Below, in pieces: positions 14,154-26,340 of a DNA stretch of 64,000 nt; position 1 is the first letter of the stretch; every line of letters begins with the position of its first letter. A program made the position numbers and the translations under genes. This DNA is from Octopus vulgaris (Eukaryota): assembly GCA_951406725.2 (NCBI GenBank), contig OX597818.1:98208001-98272000 (forward strand), read 5' to 3'. The notes below the pieces were generated by a model. The model searched no databases and had not been told where the DNA came from. It worked only from the letters and a program-made list of their open reading frames with translations.

Positions 14154-14844
14154 CTATTGCGCACTACCACTACTTGAGAACCGGTGTTAGTGTATTTAAA
14201 TCCCCGTGACTTAGCGGTTCGGCAAAAGATATCGATAGAATAAGTACCAGGATTTCAAAAAGAAGTACTTGAGTCAATTCATTCGACGAGAAAAATTCTA
14301 CAAGGCGGTGCTCCAGCATGGTCGCAGTCTAATTAGTAAAACAGATAAAAGATTGAAAAAAATAGCCTTGAAGCTGCAGTATTCATTTCGAAGAAGCATC
14401 TTATATAGACGTCTAGTGTTAAAAAAAACAGATATACATCAGTAGCAGACGAAAAGTGTCCGGCAGCGATGGTAGAATTGTTAAATGTGAATTTCTGTAT
14501 TAATTTAATGTTCAATCAAGCTCCCAAGAAAATCACTGATTATGCAAACTGGTCCCTGCAGTTTACTTTAATCCCTAATGTTAGTGGGTTTATACGTAGT
14601 GTCATCGTGGATAGAGAGAGTACACAGTTGCTGTGTAGGAATCGAAACGTGCATACAACCGTTTGCACGTGTCAGTTCTTGTTGGAATCTTTGTCAGCAA
14701 CTATGCACCATCTGTTTCTCTTTTTTTTTTTTTTTTTCTCTTATTGAAAATATTGTCAAGACGCGATGTTTACGTTCGTCAAACACTAAATTTTACAGAT
14801 ACGCGCTACGGTACATTGTAATAATGAAACGAAGCGCTGTTAAC

Positions 14845-15683
14845 ATACTCCTTTACTATTTTACTGTTTTTACTTGTTTCAGTCATGTGACTGTGGCAAT
14901 GCTGGTGCACCTCCTGGAGTCGAGCAAATCGACCCCAAGACTTATTCTTTGTAAGCCTAGTACTTATTCTATCGGTCCCTTTTGCCGAACCGCTGAGTTA
15001 CGGGGACGTAAACACACCAGCATCGGTTGTCAAGCCATGTTGGGAGGACAAACACAGACACAAACATATACATATATAGACTCTTTTACTCTTTTACTTG
15101 TTTCAGTCATTTGACTGCGGCCATGCTGGAGCACCGCCTTTAGTCGAGGAGCAAATCGACCCCGGGACTTATTCTTTGTAAGCCCAGTACTTATTCTATC
15201 GGTCTCTTTTGCCGAACCGCCAAGTGACGGGGACGTAAACACACCAGCATCGGTTGTCAAGCAATGCTAGGGGGACAAACACAGACACACAAACATATAC
15301 ACACATACTTATATATATATACATATATACGACAGGCTTCTCTCAGTTTCCGTCTACCAAATCCACTCACAAGGCATTGGTCGCCCCGGGGCTATAGCAG
15401 AAGGCACTTGCCCAAGATGCCACGCAGTGGGACTGAACCCGGAACCTTGTGGTTGGTTAGCAAGCTACTTACCACACAGCCACTCCTGCGCCTATATATA
15501 TATATATATTTATATATAACCGACGGGCTTCTTTCAGTTTCCGTCTACCAAATCCACTCAAAAGGCTTTGGTCGCCCTGAGGCTATAGTAGAAGACATTT
15601 GCCCAAGGTTCTACGCAGTGGGACTGAACCCGGAACCATGTGGCTGGTAAGCAAGCTACTTACCACACACCCACTCCTACGCC
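14845..15683 (-). mobile_element. Cluster of three family-A SINE copies (full copy 15079-15492 plus two partial)
   Basis: Repeated ACTTGTTTCAGTCAT and TTTCCGTCTACCAAATCCACTCA blocks; the full copy appears nested in the internal microsatellite of an older copy. Confidence 0.85.
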
Positions 15684-16177
15684 TATGATTTGATGAAATG
15701 ATTGAAGGGAATGACGTCATGGAACAGAGTATCAACGGAGTATCAAGGCCACAAATATATATATATTTAAATATTGGTAAAACGGTAAGATAACAAAAGA
15801 AAGAAAGAGACCTCAATATTATGTAAATAGAGGAAATTTATCTATACAATAATATGTTACATTACTCGATAGTCAAGATAAAACTCTGAGTGAGAACTTA
15901 TCTGGAAACGGATTTAGATAAAATATAATATTGACATTGTTGATATATTTATGATGGTAAACATACCATGTTGTGAAATTTATGAAAAGTCACACAATAT
16001 TCATGAGCAAATAAAGTAAGTTGTTTGAGTGTCGGAAAAAATGTTCTGCATAATGTGAGTCAAACACTCAGTACGAATCTTGTCAAGATCAAAGTTAGCT
16101 TTCACTGTTTTGGGGTCGATAAATAAACTACCACTTTTATTGCTGCTGCTATCAACACTACCTCACCCACTACAACA

Positions 16178-16226
<49 letters not shown>

Positions 16227-16880
16227 CCCAATCTCTTTGAAATCGGTTATGTTCGCCGAGAGAAAGGTCATGGCGATGGGAGAAACCACTCACAGCGATC
16301 CTTTGTACCAGAAATCGAGAAAAAGACTGACCGAGGAGGAGAACAGCAATATTTTCTCACGATAAATAAGGTAACAAAAGAAAATATAAACACAATGACC
16401 AAGCTACAAGAAGCGTTCTTGGATAGAACGATACACGAAACGGACATAAAGAAAGAAAAATGCTTGAATCAAAATATCGATTTCAGCTTTTAAATTAGAT
16501 TAAAACCAGTTTTAATGCAGTTTTCTACTGACTAATGAAGTAGGTGGGAGATTTGGTCACAGGAGAGGTGTCATTTACTACCTGTTTGGTTAAGTACTAA
16601 ATCACACACTGTAACCATTGCCTGTTGATTAGTGTCCAGTCGCACGGACTCATTTGACGTATTTACTTGTATGTGAGTATATTCATAAAATGTTCGTGTA
16701 GAGATGCATATACGCAGTATTTCTCTCACTTACTTACTCACTCACTCACTCACTCACTCACTCATTCACTCATTCACTCAATGAGTGAATAAATTATGGA
16801 ATCAATCATTATTGCTGTTTCCCTTCAGGCCTTTCCTTCGTCATAGCCATTCTCTCTGTCTCCGAATCTCTCTCTCTCTC

Positions 16881-16915
<35 letters not shown>

Positions 16916-16926
16916 ATATATATATA

Positions 16927-17332
16927 CTCTTTTACTTGCTTCAATCATTTGACTGCGGCCATGCAGGAGCACTGCCTTTAGTCAAGCAAATCGACCCCAT
17001 GACTTATTCTTTGGAAGCCTAGTACTTATTCTATCGGTCTCTTTTGCCGAACCGCTAAGTTACGGGGACGCAAACACACCACCATCAGTTGTCAAGCTAT
17101 GTTGGGGGGGGGGCACAAACACAGACACACAAACATATACACACACATACATATAAATATATATACATACGACGGGCTTCTTTCAGTTTCTGTCTACCAA
17201 ATCCACTCACAAGACTTTGGTCGGCCCGAGGCTATAGTAGAAGATACTTGCTCAAGGTGGCATGCAGTGGGAATGAGCCTGGAGCCATGTGGTTGGCAAG
17301 CAAGCTACTTACCACACAGACACTCCTGCACC
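16927..17332 (-). mobile_element. SINE family A, full length
   Basis: Reverse complement of the family A sequence seen at 41764-42212. Confidence 0.85.
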
Positions 17333-17452
17333 TTAGAATACATACATACATACATACATACACACATACACACATACACACACATATATATATATAATTT
17401 TATTCTTTTATTTGTTTCAGTCCTTCTGACTGCGGCTATGCTGGAGCACAAC

Positions 17453-17546
<94 letters not shown>

Positions 17547-17849
17547 ATCTATACATACATACATACCTACATATATATATATATGTATGTATATATGTAT
17601 TACATATATATGTATGTATATATATACGTATATATATATATATATGTAAACATATATATATATATGAAACTGTCTGTCTGTCTGTTTGTATGTATGTATG
17701 TATGTGTGCAGCACTAAAACTCAAGAGCTACCCAACCGATTTCATTCAAATTTACACGTGTCTTACTTAGGTTCCATGCACTATCATGGGCCAAAAAAGT
17801 TTCAAAGTTTATTTATTTATAATTTATATTATCTATTCAAGTTATTTAT

Positions 17850-19175
17850 AAATAAAATTATGTAGTTATTTGATTGAGGGGTTGGGAACTCAGTACTTCA
17901 TTTTACTAAATATAAAATTACTTCGGAGCATACATTTTCCTCCTCGTTCATCATATGTGTTTAGTAATTCATCTCTAGACTGTAGTAGTTTCATAAATTC
18001 AGTTATGCATAATAAACACATTTTATTCCCAATATTATAGGACTGGGCTCTACCTATAATACTCCAATTAAGGGTGTACTTGCCTTTTTCTAGATATTAA
18101 TTCAAATATATATATACTTAAGACTGTAGATTTAATTAAATTGGGATTTTTAAAGGTCTGGTAGTATACTCTCTTTCTTACTCTTTACTCTTTTACTTGT
18201 TTCAGTCATCTGACTGCGGCCATGCTGGAGCACCGCCTTTAATCGAGCAACTCGACCCCGGGACTTATTCTTTTGTAAGCCCAGTACTTATTCTATCGGT
18301 CTCTTTTGCCGAACCGCTAAGTGACGGGGACGTAAACACACCAGCATCGGTTGTCAAGCAATGCTAGGGGGACAAACACAGACACACAAACACACACACG
18401 CATATATATATATATATATATACATATATACGACAGGCTTCTTTCAGTTTCCATCTACCAAATCCACTCACAAGGCTTTGGTCGGCCTGAGGCTATAGTA
18501 GAAGACACTTGCCCAAGGTGCCACGCAGTGGGACTGAACCCGGAACCATGTGGTTGGTTAGCAAGCTACTTACCACACAGCCACTCCTGATTGAGATATT
18601 CTTTTTTAATTTCATTAGCTGTAGATCCAATATAAGTCTTATTTATAATTTTATTATTATTGTTCTTAGAGCTAACTATACATTTATAAATTACATTATT
18701 TTACAATTATTAGAGAGCTTACATTTAGTCTTATCACGATATGAACATTTTTGTATATGTTGGTTAAGTCTTCTATCACTATCGGTTATATTATCGTTAG
18801 AGCTATTATTTATTATGCTATTATAACAATTATTTAATTTCTTATTTTTTATAGAGGAAATGATATTGCCTACATTTCTCGATGTTGAGTGTCCCACTCA
18901 TGAATTTATTGGAAAATATATTTGAATAAATACTGTCCTTTTTAAAAACCATTTTTACTATTTTAAGTGTTTCCTTAATGATATTAGTCATAACCTGATT
19001 CCCGTACGGAATAATTAACCATATAATATCTTTTTTATTTTTTATATTATCATTGCTAGCAGACATCATCGGTATTAAATTGTTATTTTTAGGAATATTA
19101 TATCTCTTTATGTATACTTTACTATGTTTGTTACTATTGTTCATATCCTCATTATGATTATTACAATTCCCCAAA
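17850..19175 (-). pseudogene. 3' fragment of a decayed Hydra-clade-like Penelope-like element, interrupted by a SINE
   Basis: Minus-strand peptides IIWLIIPYGNQVMTNIIKETLKIVKMVF (thumb), CSYRDKTKCKLSNNC (Cys linker) and WSIIGRAQSYNIGNKMCLLCITE (C-terminal CxxC) resemble remembered Hydra-type PLE motifs; frameshifted. Confidence 0.6.
18168..18588 (-). mobile_element. SINE family A, full length, young
   Basis: Nearly identical to the reverse complement of 41764-42212. Confidence 0.9.
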
Positions 19176-19182
19176 AATGAAT

Positions 19183-19219
<37 letters not shown>

Positions 19220-19539
19220 TATAGCCTCAGGACGATCAAAGCCTTGTGAGTGGATTTAGCACACGGAAACTGAATGAATATTTTCGTATGTATGTGTATA
19301 TTTGTATGTGTATGTATGTACTTGTACAACAACCGATGCTTGACAACATTCCCATAACTTAGAGGTTCGGTAAAAGACACTGATAGAATAACTACTAGGC
19401 TTACAAAGAATAAATCCTGAGGTCAATTTGTTCGACCAATGGCGGTGCTCTAGCATGGCTGCAGTCAAATGACTGAAACAAGTAAAACAATAAAAAAAAT
19501 TATGCCATTTTAATCCCGAGCAAGACCCGGTATCTCTCC

Positions 19540-19570
<31 letters not shown>

Positions 19571-19620
19571 ACGGGAAGGTTTACGAAAATAAACAAAAGA
19601 GTGGAGTACGAACAAACAAA

Positions 19621-20081
19621 TGTGTGTGAGTGCGGGTAAACATGTACACAAAATTGCCCCCTTACTTAGGTGCGAGCGAATACAATAGTGTAATTGATAA
19701 GCAATGCATCATGTAAATTTCTTCATAATTTTCTTATCTAGTAACATATTTACAAGAAAATATGCGCCTGAAATCAGTCATTTTCTTTTTGTGCCTTATA
19801 ATTTAACACACTCACCGGTAAAATTTCCACTTATTTCTTATCTTTATTTTCCTAAAATTTTCATTGCGTCTTGCAACATTTTCAGTAGTTTTGATTCTGT
19901 CCGTTATTTACAGACTTAAGACTATTGAAAAGGTTGCAAGACGCAACAAAAATTTTAGGAAAATAAAAATAAGTGGAAATTTTACCGGTGTGTGTGTTAA
20001 ATTATAAGACACAAAAAGAAAATGACTCTCCCCAGACAACAGTATACATACATACACACACACACATATATACACATATAC

Positions 20082-20116
<35 letters not shown>

Positions 20117-20347
20117 CATACGTACGTACATACATACATACATACATACATACATACATACATACATACACACATACATAAATATATATTTGTGATTTCA
20201 GGCGCATATTTTCTTGTAAATATGTTACTAGATAAGAAAATTATGAAGAAATTTACATGATGCATTGCTTATCAATTACACTATTGTATTCGCTCGCACC
20301 TAAGTATAGGGGCAATTTTGTGTACATGTTTACCCACACTCACACAC
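19621..20347. repeat. Nested inverted repeat (outer arms 19621-19776 / 20193-20347; inner arms 19777-19882 / 19918-20026)
   Basis: The ORF track shows MHHVNFFIIFLSSNIFTRKYAPEI on both strands; inner arm GTCATTTTCTTTTTGTG...TTGCGTCTTGCAAC is reverse-complemented at 19918-20026. Confidence 0.9.
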
Positions 20348-20596
20348 ACTAACACACATTCACGCACACACGCGCGCGCGCGCGCATGCACATACGGGTG
20401 CGTAGAGAAATGAAACATAGATAAGAGTGTGTATAACATAATTTTCCTGTTAATCCTGTTCTTTTTGTAAGAATACAATTGCCAGGGTATTCCATGTTAT
20501 TTATGCCTTCTTTTATCTATGTACGTATCTACGTATTTACGCATGTGTGTGTATATATTTCCGGATGTTTATGTTTGCCTGCCTGCCTGTCTGTAT

Positions 20597-20972
20597 AATG
20601 GCCCAGTGGTTAGGGCAGCAGACTCGCGGTCATAGGATCGCGGTTTCGATTCCCAGACCGGGCGTTGTGAGTGTCTATTGAGCGAAAACACCTAAAAGCT
20701 CCACGAGGCTCCGGCAGGGGATGGTGGTGATCCCTGCTGTACTCTTTCACCACAACTCTCTCTCTCTCTCTTACTTCCTGTTTCTGTTGTACCTGTATTT
20801 CAAAGGGCCGGCCTTGTCACTCTCTGTGTCACGCTGAATATCCCCGAGAACTACGTTAAGGGTGCACGTGTCTGTGGAGTGCTCAGCCACTTACACGGTA
20901 ATTTCACGAGCAGGCTGTTCCGTTGATTCGGATCAACCGGAGCCCTCGTCGTCGTAACCGACGGAGTGCTTC
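20597..20972 (+). mobile_element. SINE family B1
   Basis: Near-identical to 57675-58056. Confidence 0.9.
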
Positions 20973-21076
20973 CATGTATGCACGTTTGCGCTTATGTACG
21001 CCAGCTTTTCTCGCTGCATTACGTATTCGTTTCTCTTTTTGTCTTCTGCAATTTTATTTTTCATCTTCTATATATA

Positions 21077-21241
21077 GGCGCAGGAGTGGCTATGTGGTAA
21101 GTAGCTTGCTAACCAACCACATGGTTCCGGGTTCAGTCCCACTGCGTGGCATCTTGGGCAAGCGTCTTCTGCTAGAGCCCCGTGCCGACCAATGCCTTGT
21201 GAGTGGATTTGGTAGACGGAAACTGAAAGTAGTCTGTCGTA

Positions 21242-21302
<61 letters not shown>

Positions 21303-21519
21303 CTGTGTTTGTTGTGTCTGTGTTTGTCCCCCTAGCATTGCCTGACAACCGATGCTGGTGTGTTTACGTCCCCGTCACTTAGCGGTTCGGCAAAAGTGAC
21401 CGATAGAATAAGTACTGGGCTTACAAAGAATAAGTTCCGGGGTCGATTTGCTCGACTAAAGGCGGTACTCCAGCATGGCCGCAGTCAAATGACTGAAACA
21501 AGAAAAAGAGTAAAAGAGT
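21077..21519 (+). mobile_element. SINE family A, full length
   Basis: GGCGCAGGAGTGGCTATGTGG (A-box-like), GGTTCAGTCCC (B-box-like), TTGGGCAAG core, internal (TA)n(TG)n, (AAAAGAGT)n tail. Confidence 0.9.
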
Positions 21520-21804
21520 ATATATATGAAGAATTTCCCCTCCGTCTGGCTGTTTTTCTTTCTACAAAACTGTAAGTTACATTGTGGAACAGTCATTTTA
21601 AAGAGTTGTTTTTATTTATTTATCAGCCGACCAGTTACATCTGCGCCACTGAATGCTTCTGAACCAGTTGTTGAATGTCCCACAAGAGGAATCGATGCTA
21701 GATGTGTCGAAACAATTGGCGTGATCAATAATGAATTCTCGTATATTCCATCTTCTGTCATTCATTTGTTATAAATACATACATACATACATACATACAT
21801 ACAT

Positions 21805-21897
<93 letters not shown>

Positions 21898-21937
21898 CAT
21901 ACATATATACATACTATACATACATACATATACATAA

Positions 21938-21968
<31 letters not shown>

Positions 21969-22060
21969 TATATATGTATATATATATATATACATATATA
22001 CACACACACACATATATATATGTATATATATATACATATATACATACTATACATACATAC

Positions 22061-22123
<63 letters not shown>

Positions 22124-22128
<5 letters not shown>

Positions 22129-22180
22129 GATCCTCCTTTATTTTATTTTACACACAGCTAAGAGCATTTCAGCATCCCTC

Positions 22181-22226
<46 letters not shown>

Positions 22227-22282
22227 GAGGGATGCTGAAATGCTCTTAGCTGTGTGTAAAATAAAATAAAGGAGGATCATTT
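22124..22282. repeat. Perfect inverted repeat with ~60-bp arms around (TA)n
   Basis: TAAATGATCCTCCTTTATTTTATTTTACACACAGCTAAGAGCATTTCAGCATCCCTCATATGT is reverse-complemented right after the (TA)n run. Confidence 0.9.
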
Positions 22283-22442
22283 AATTATGATTTCATTGAA
22301 CATATTCCCCTCTCAGATCCATACACTTATTGCAATGGTTCTTCGGTTTTCCTAGGCCCTGCAAAATAACTTGGAAGGTTGGATACCACCAGGCCTTTCA
22401 TGATACCCTTAAAGCCTGGTACTTCTCAGCCACCCTCTCGTA
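22224..22442. mobile_element. Mariner-type MITE
   Basis: Termini TA-TGAGGGATGCTGAAA and TTCTCAGCCACCCTCTCG-TA are imperfect TIRs with TA flanks. Confidence 0.5.
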
Positions 22443-22915
22443 TGTATATATAGATATATATATAATTTGGCTATTTCTCCGAAGATTGAAAAAATGAACA
22501 AACTTAATCGATTTTCGAATCTTATTGGACTCTCATTAGAGGCGTCTACATCAATTTGACGAATCCCAGAGGAACAACTAGCCACTCTGTTTATATACTC
22601 AACAGTTACAGTAGCTAGAGGAAACTAATGTTCAGACTTTATTTAATGCCAGGGGCGTCCTCGAGCCAGAAGAGCATCTGAGGTTCCATGGAGGGAGCCA
22701 CTGAGCTGATAATGGTGTATTTACAACTTTTACCATATGCGAAAATGTTTTTCTCCACGGTAAACTGCAGTGAAATTGCTTTCAGAAGTCAAAATACACC
22801 ACAAACATGTTTGAACTGACTTGAAGTCTATTTCACATCATTGATTCGCGTTCATATATATTACACACAGAAACACACACACGCGCACACTCACACACAC
22901 ACACACACACGCACG

Positions 22916-22946
<31 letters not shown>

Positions 22947-23021
22947 ACACACGCACTCACACACACACGCACACACACACACATAATGAAGCCAAACCAA
23001 ATAATGATAGTTTTAAAGCAT

Positions 23022-23097
23022 TTAATACGCACGTTTCCGATCATACCGTAATATATGATAGAATATACATCACATGTGTAAAATCTTCCTCAGTTAA
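23022..23097 (-). ncRNA. Hammerhead motif, inverted sister copy (slightly decayed)
   Basis: Minus: TTAA-CTGAGGA-A-GATT...GATC-G-GAAA-CGTGCG-TA-TTAA. Confidence 0.5.
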
Positions 23098-23267
23098 TAG
23101 AAAATTCGAAATATTATAACTTATAAAAGTTAATCCCGTCATGATACCATTTACATGGATTATTTACAAAGATTCAGAGTAGTTCGACCCGTCTCATGCA
23201 TCGCTTGTAAGCATATATATATATGACGGGATTAACTTTTATAAGTTATAATATTCCGAATTTTCTA

Positions 23268-23342
23268 TTAACTGAGGAAGATTTTACATATGTGATGTAT
23301 ATTCTATCATATATTACAGCATAATCGAAACGTACGTATTAA
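23268..23342 (+). ncRNA. Type I hammerhead ribozyme motif, canonical core, extended helix II
   Basis: TTAA-CTGAGGA-A-GATT...AATC-GAAA-CGTACG-TA-TTAA; palindromic ACGTACGT helix III; predicted GUA cleavage after 23338. Confidence 0.65.
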
Positions 23343-23581
23343 ATGCTTTAAAACTATCATTATTTGGTTTGGCTTCATGAGGAGATTGATGCAAAAAGTG
23401 GGACGAGAAAGAAGGAAAGAAATGTAAGAAAACCAACAACTGTGTCCCTTTTGTTTCTAGAAATCATAGGTAATCTAGGTCCTGTTAAATAATTAATATA
23501 ACGGGGAGGAAGTCAAAAATCTGTGAGATAGCAGCTCAGTCCAGAAAGGATGTATATTATGTATCTATCTATATATATATA

Positions 23582-23670
<89 letters not shown>

Positions 23671-23751
23671 ATATATATAACTAATATACGTTAAAAATGT
23701 TATCAATGGCCAGCATATCAAAAAATACCTTTAAAGGTTAAATTTATAAAC

Positions 23752-23811
<60 letters not shown>

Positions 23812-23960
23812 TGTATATACATACATATATATATATATGTATGTGTGTGTGTGTGTGTGTGTGTGTATAGTGTTTTTAACACGTCTATGAAGAAATTTTA
23901 ATCTCAGATAAGGCCCAAACTCCATGCCTTTCACTGGTGTATATATGACACAAGATAAGG

Positions 23961-23999
<39 letters not shown>

Positions 24000-24683
24000 T
24001 ATGTTTATAATATGCATGTAAATATATGTAAATGTGTATACCTATATGTGTATGTGTATGGGAATGTGTATATGACTGTGTGAAAAACTGTGTTAGGTCT
24101 AATTAAATACAGAAAATTAGTAAAAATTTTTCTCCGTTTAGTCGTAACTACTCTTAATTTTTTTCTATGAACATATGCACACACACGCACACACACACAC
24201 ACACACACACATTCACACACACACACATACACATACATACGCACGCGCCACACCACACTCCTTGCTGCAAATACGCACTTTTCCAACAATGAAATTACGC
24301 CCTCCCCCAACCACCACCGCTTCAAGCCCCTACCCACCCAACTTACATTCGCTCTGGTTGTAATTTTGGTGAATCCTTGCTACAGCCACAGACGTTTCAC
24401 CTCTTCTTATTCTTTGCTCTTCATAATAACGGGGTGTGGGTTTCGTGTGACTCGGTGCATTATGCTAACTGCTGATCTCCCGGCAAAATGTCAAATTATA
24501 AGACACTATCGTTCGAGCAGAGCTCAAATTGGGCTTACTAGTGACCTAAATATAAAAACATATAAATGAAGATTAAAAGAAAAATATAAATGTAAAAATA
24601 AACAATAACAATCAAAAGTATTGAAAAGAAATGCCAAATATTATATATATGGGTGTTTGGGTGTGTGCGTAAATATATGTATG

Positions 24684-24736
<53 letters not shown>

Positions 24737-25124
24737 CATATATATATACACCATATATATATATATATATATATATACACCATATGTAGATATAGATACA
24801 TATATATACAATTATACACACATATATATAAATGCACATGTATATACATACATATATAAACGCACATGTATATACATAAGTATACACACACACATACAGA
24901 CATACATACAAACACACACACATGAAATACTTAGCGGTATTTCGTTCGTCTTTACGCTTTGACTCCGAATGCCGCCGGGGTCAATTTTGCTTCTCATCCT
25001 CTCGGGGTCGATGAAATAAGTACCAAATGAGAGCTGGGGTCGATGTAATAGCCTTACTGCTTGCCTTGAAACTGGCCTTGTGCCAAAATTTGTAATAATT
25101 TATTATTATTGTCACCGACGTTAG

Positions 25125-25465
25125 GACGGCGAGCTGGCTGAATCGTTAGCACGGCGGGCAAAATGCTTAGCGGTTTTTTTGTCTGTCTTTGCGTTCTGAG
25201 TTCAAATTCCGCCGATGTCAAATTTCACTTTTATCCTTTCGTGGTCGATAAATTAAGTACCATTTGCGTACTGGGTCGATCAAATCGACTAGACCTCTCC
25301 CCCAAAATTTTAAGCTTTGTGCCTATATTAGAAAGGGTTATATCCGCCGTGGTCGACTTTACCTTTCATCCTTTCGGGGTCGATAAATTAAGTATCAGTG
25401 GAACATGGGTCGATTCAGTCGACACATCCCCTCCCTCAAAATGGCTGTCCTTGTGGCAAAATTTG
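25125..25465 (+). mobile_element. SINE family C, degenerate, two core units
   Basis: GACGGCGAGCTGGCTGAATCGTTAGCAC...GAGTTCAAATTCCGCC...TTTCATCCTTTCGGGGTCGATAAATTAAGTA. Confidence 0.75.
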
Positions 25466-25818
25466 AAACCATTATCATTATTATTTTGGACGAGAACAAC
25501 TGGGAGAGGGTAACTACTTACCTTAGCGTTCAGGCTGACCGTGTTTATTCTGGAGAATAACATTCTGATTACGCAATAATTTCGAGAAGTCTTTTGCCTA
25601 ATAGGGCTACTAGAGATAGGGTTGCCTGTTCAGTTCAGATTCTATTGATATGGCCCTGCTGAAGCCACCAGCAACCAAACTTAACCGAGGTGAGCGCAGA
25701 GTGGCAAAACAACCTAGCACATTGGCTCCCAATCTTTTCACTACCAAGGATCCCCTTTTATTTAAATGAGTTTTCCCACGAACCAATTTTAATACTCGTC
25801 TGTTTTTATATATATATA

Positions 25819-26040
25819 AGGCGAGCTGGCAGAAACGTTAGCACGCCGGGCGAAATGCTTAGCAGTATTTCGTCTGCCGCTACGTTCTGCTTTCAAATTC
25901 CGCCGTGGTCGACTTTGCCTTTCATCCTTTCGGAGTCGATAAAATAAGAACCAGTTACGCACTGCGGTCGAAATAATCGACTTAATCCGTTTGTCTGTTC
26001 TTGTTTGTCCTCTCTGTGTTTAGCCCCTTGTGGGTAGTAA
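25819..26040 (+). mobile_element. SINE family C monomer
   Basis: GGCGAGCTGGCAGAAACGTTAGCACGCCGGG...AGCCCCTTGTGGGTAGTAA. Confidence 0.85.
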
Positions 26041-26095
<55 letters not shown>

Positions 26096-26096
26096 G

Positions 26097-26340
26097 TATG
26101 CATATATACGTACATATATGTACATACCTACATATATATGTATATATACATGCATATATGGGTACAGGATATCAAAAAAACTTTGAACACAATGAGAAAC
26201 GAAAACATAAAAACAAAAACATAGAAACGAATTTTTTTTCAAACAACGAAAAAAACAGAGTACAAGACATACAACACAAGGAATATTTCTCTTCTTCAGT
26301 TATCCCTATTTCATCTACTCCGGGTTTCGAAGGTAACATA
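26097..26340 (-). mobile_element. Short dispersed repeat (probable PLE pLTR fragment); sister copy inverted at 29262-29510, related piece at ~3225-3385
   Basis: Shared TTACCTTCGAAAC.CGGAGTAGATGAAA...CTGAAGAAG.G.AAT.TTCCTTGTGTTGTATGTCTTGTACTCT; both copies are bounded by (TA)n. Confidence 0.55.

Larger units (their letters stand above)
22986..23378. repeat. ~157-bp inverted repeat (22986-23142 / 23223-23378), each arm carrying a hammerhead motif
   Basis: Arms are reverse complements with a few substitutions; 80-nt spacer ending in a short (TA)n. Confidence 0.9.

Noticed and set aside
25515-25750. Strong minus-strand donor AAG|GTAAGT with an upstream open frame
   Set aside because: No recognisable peptide or clear acceptor; one motif is not enough.
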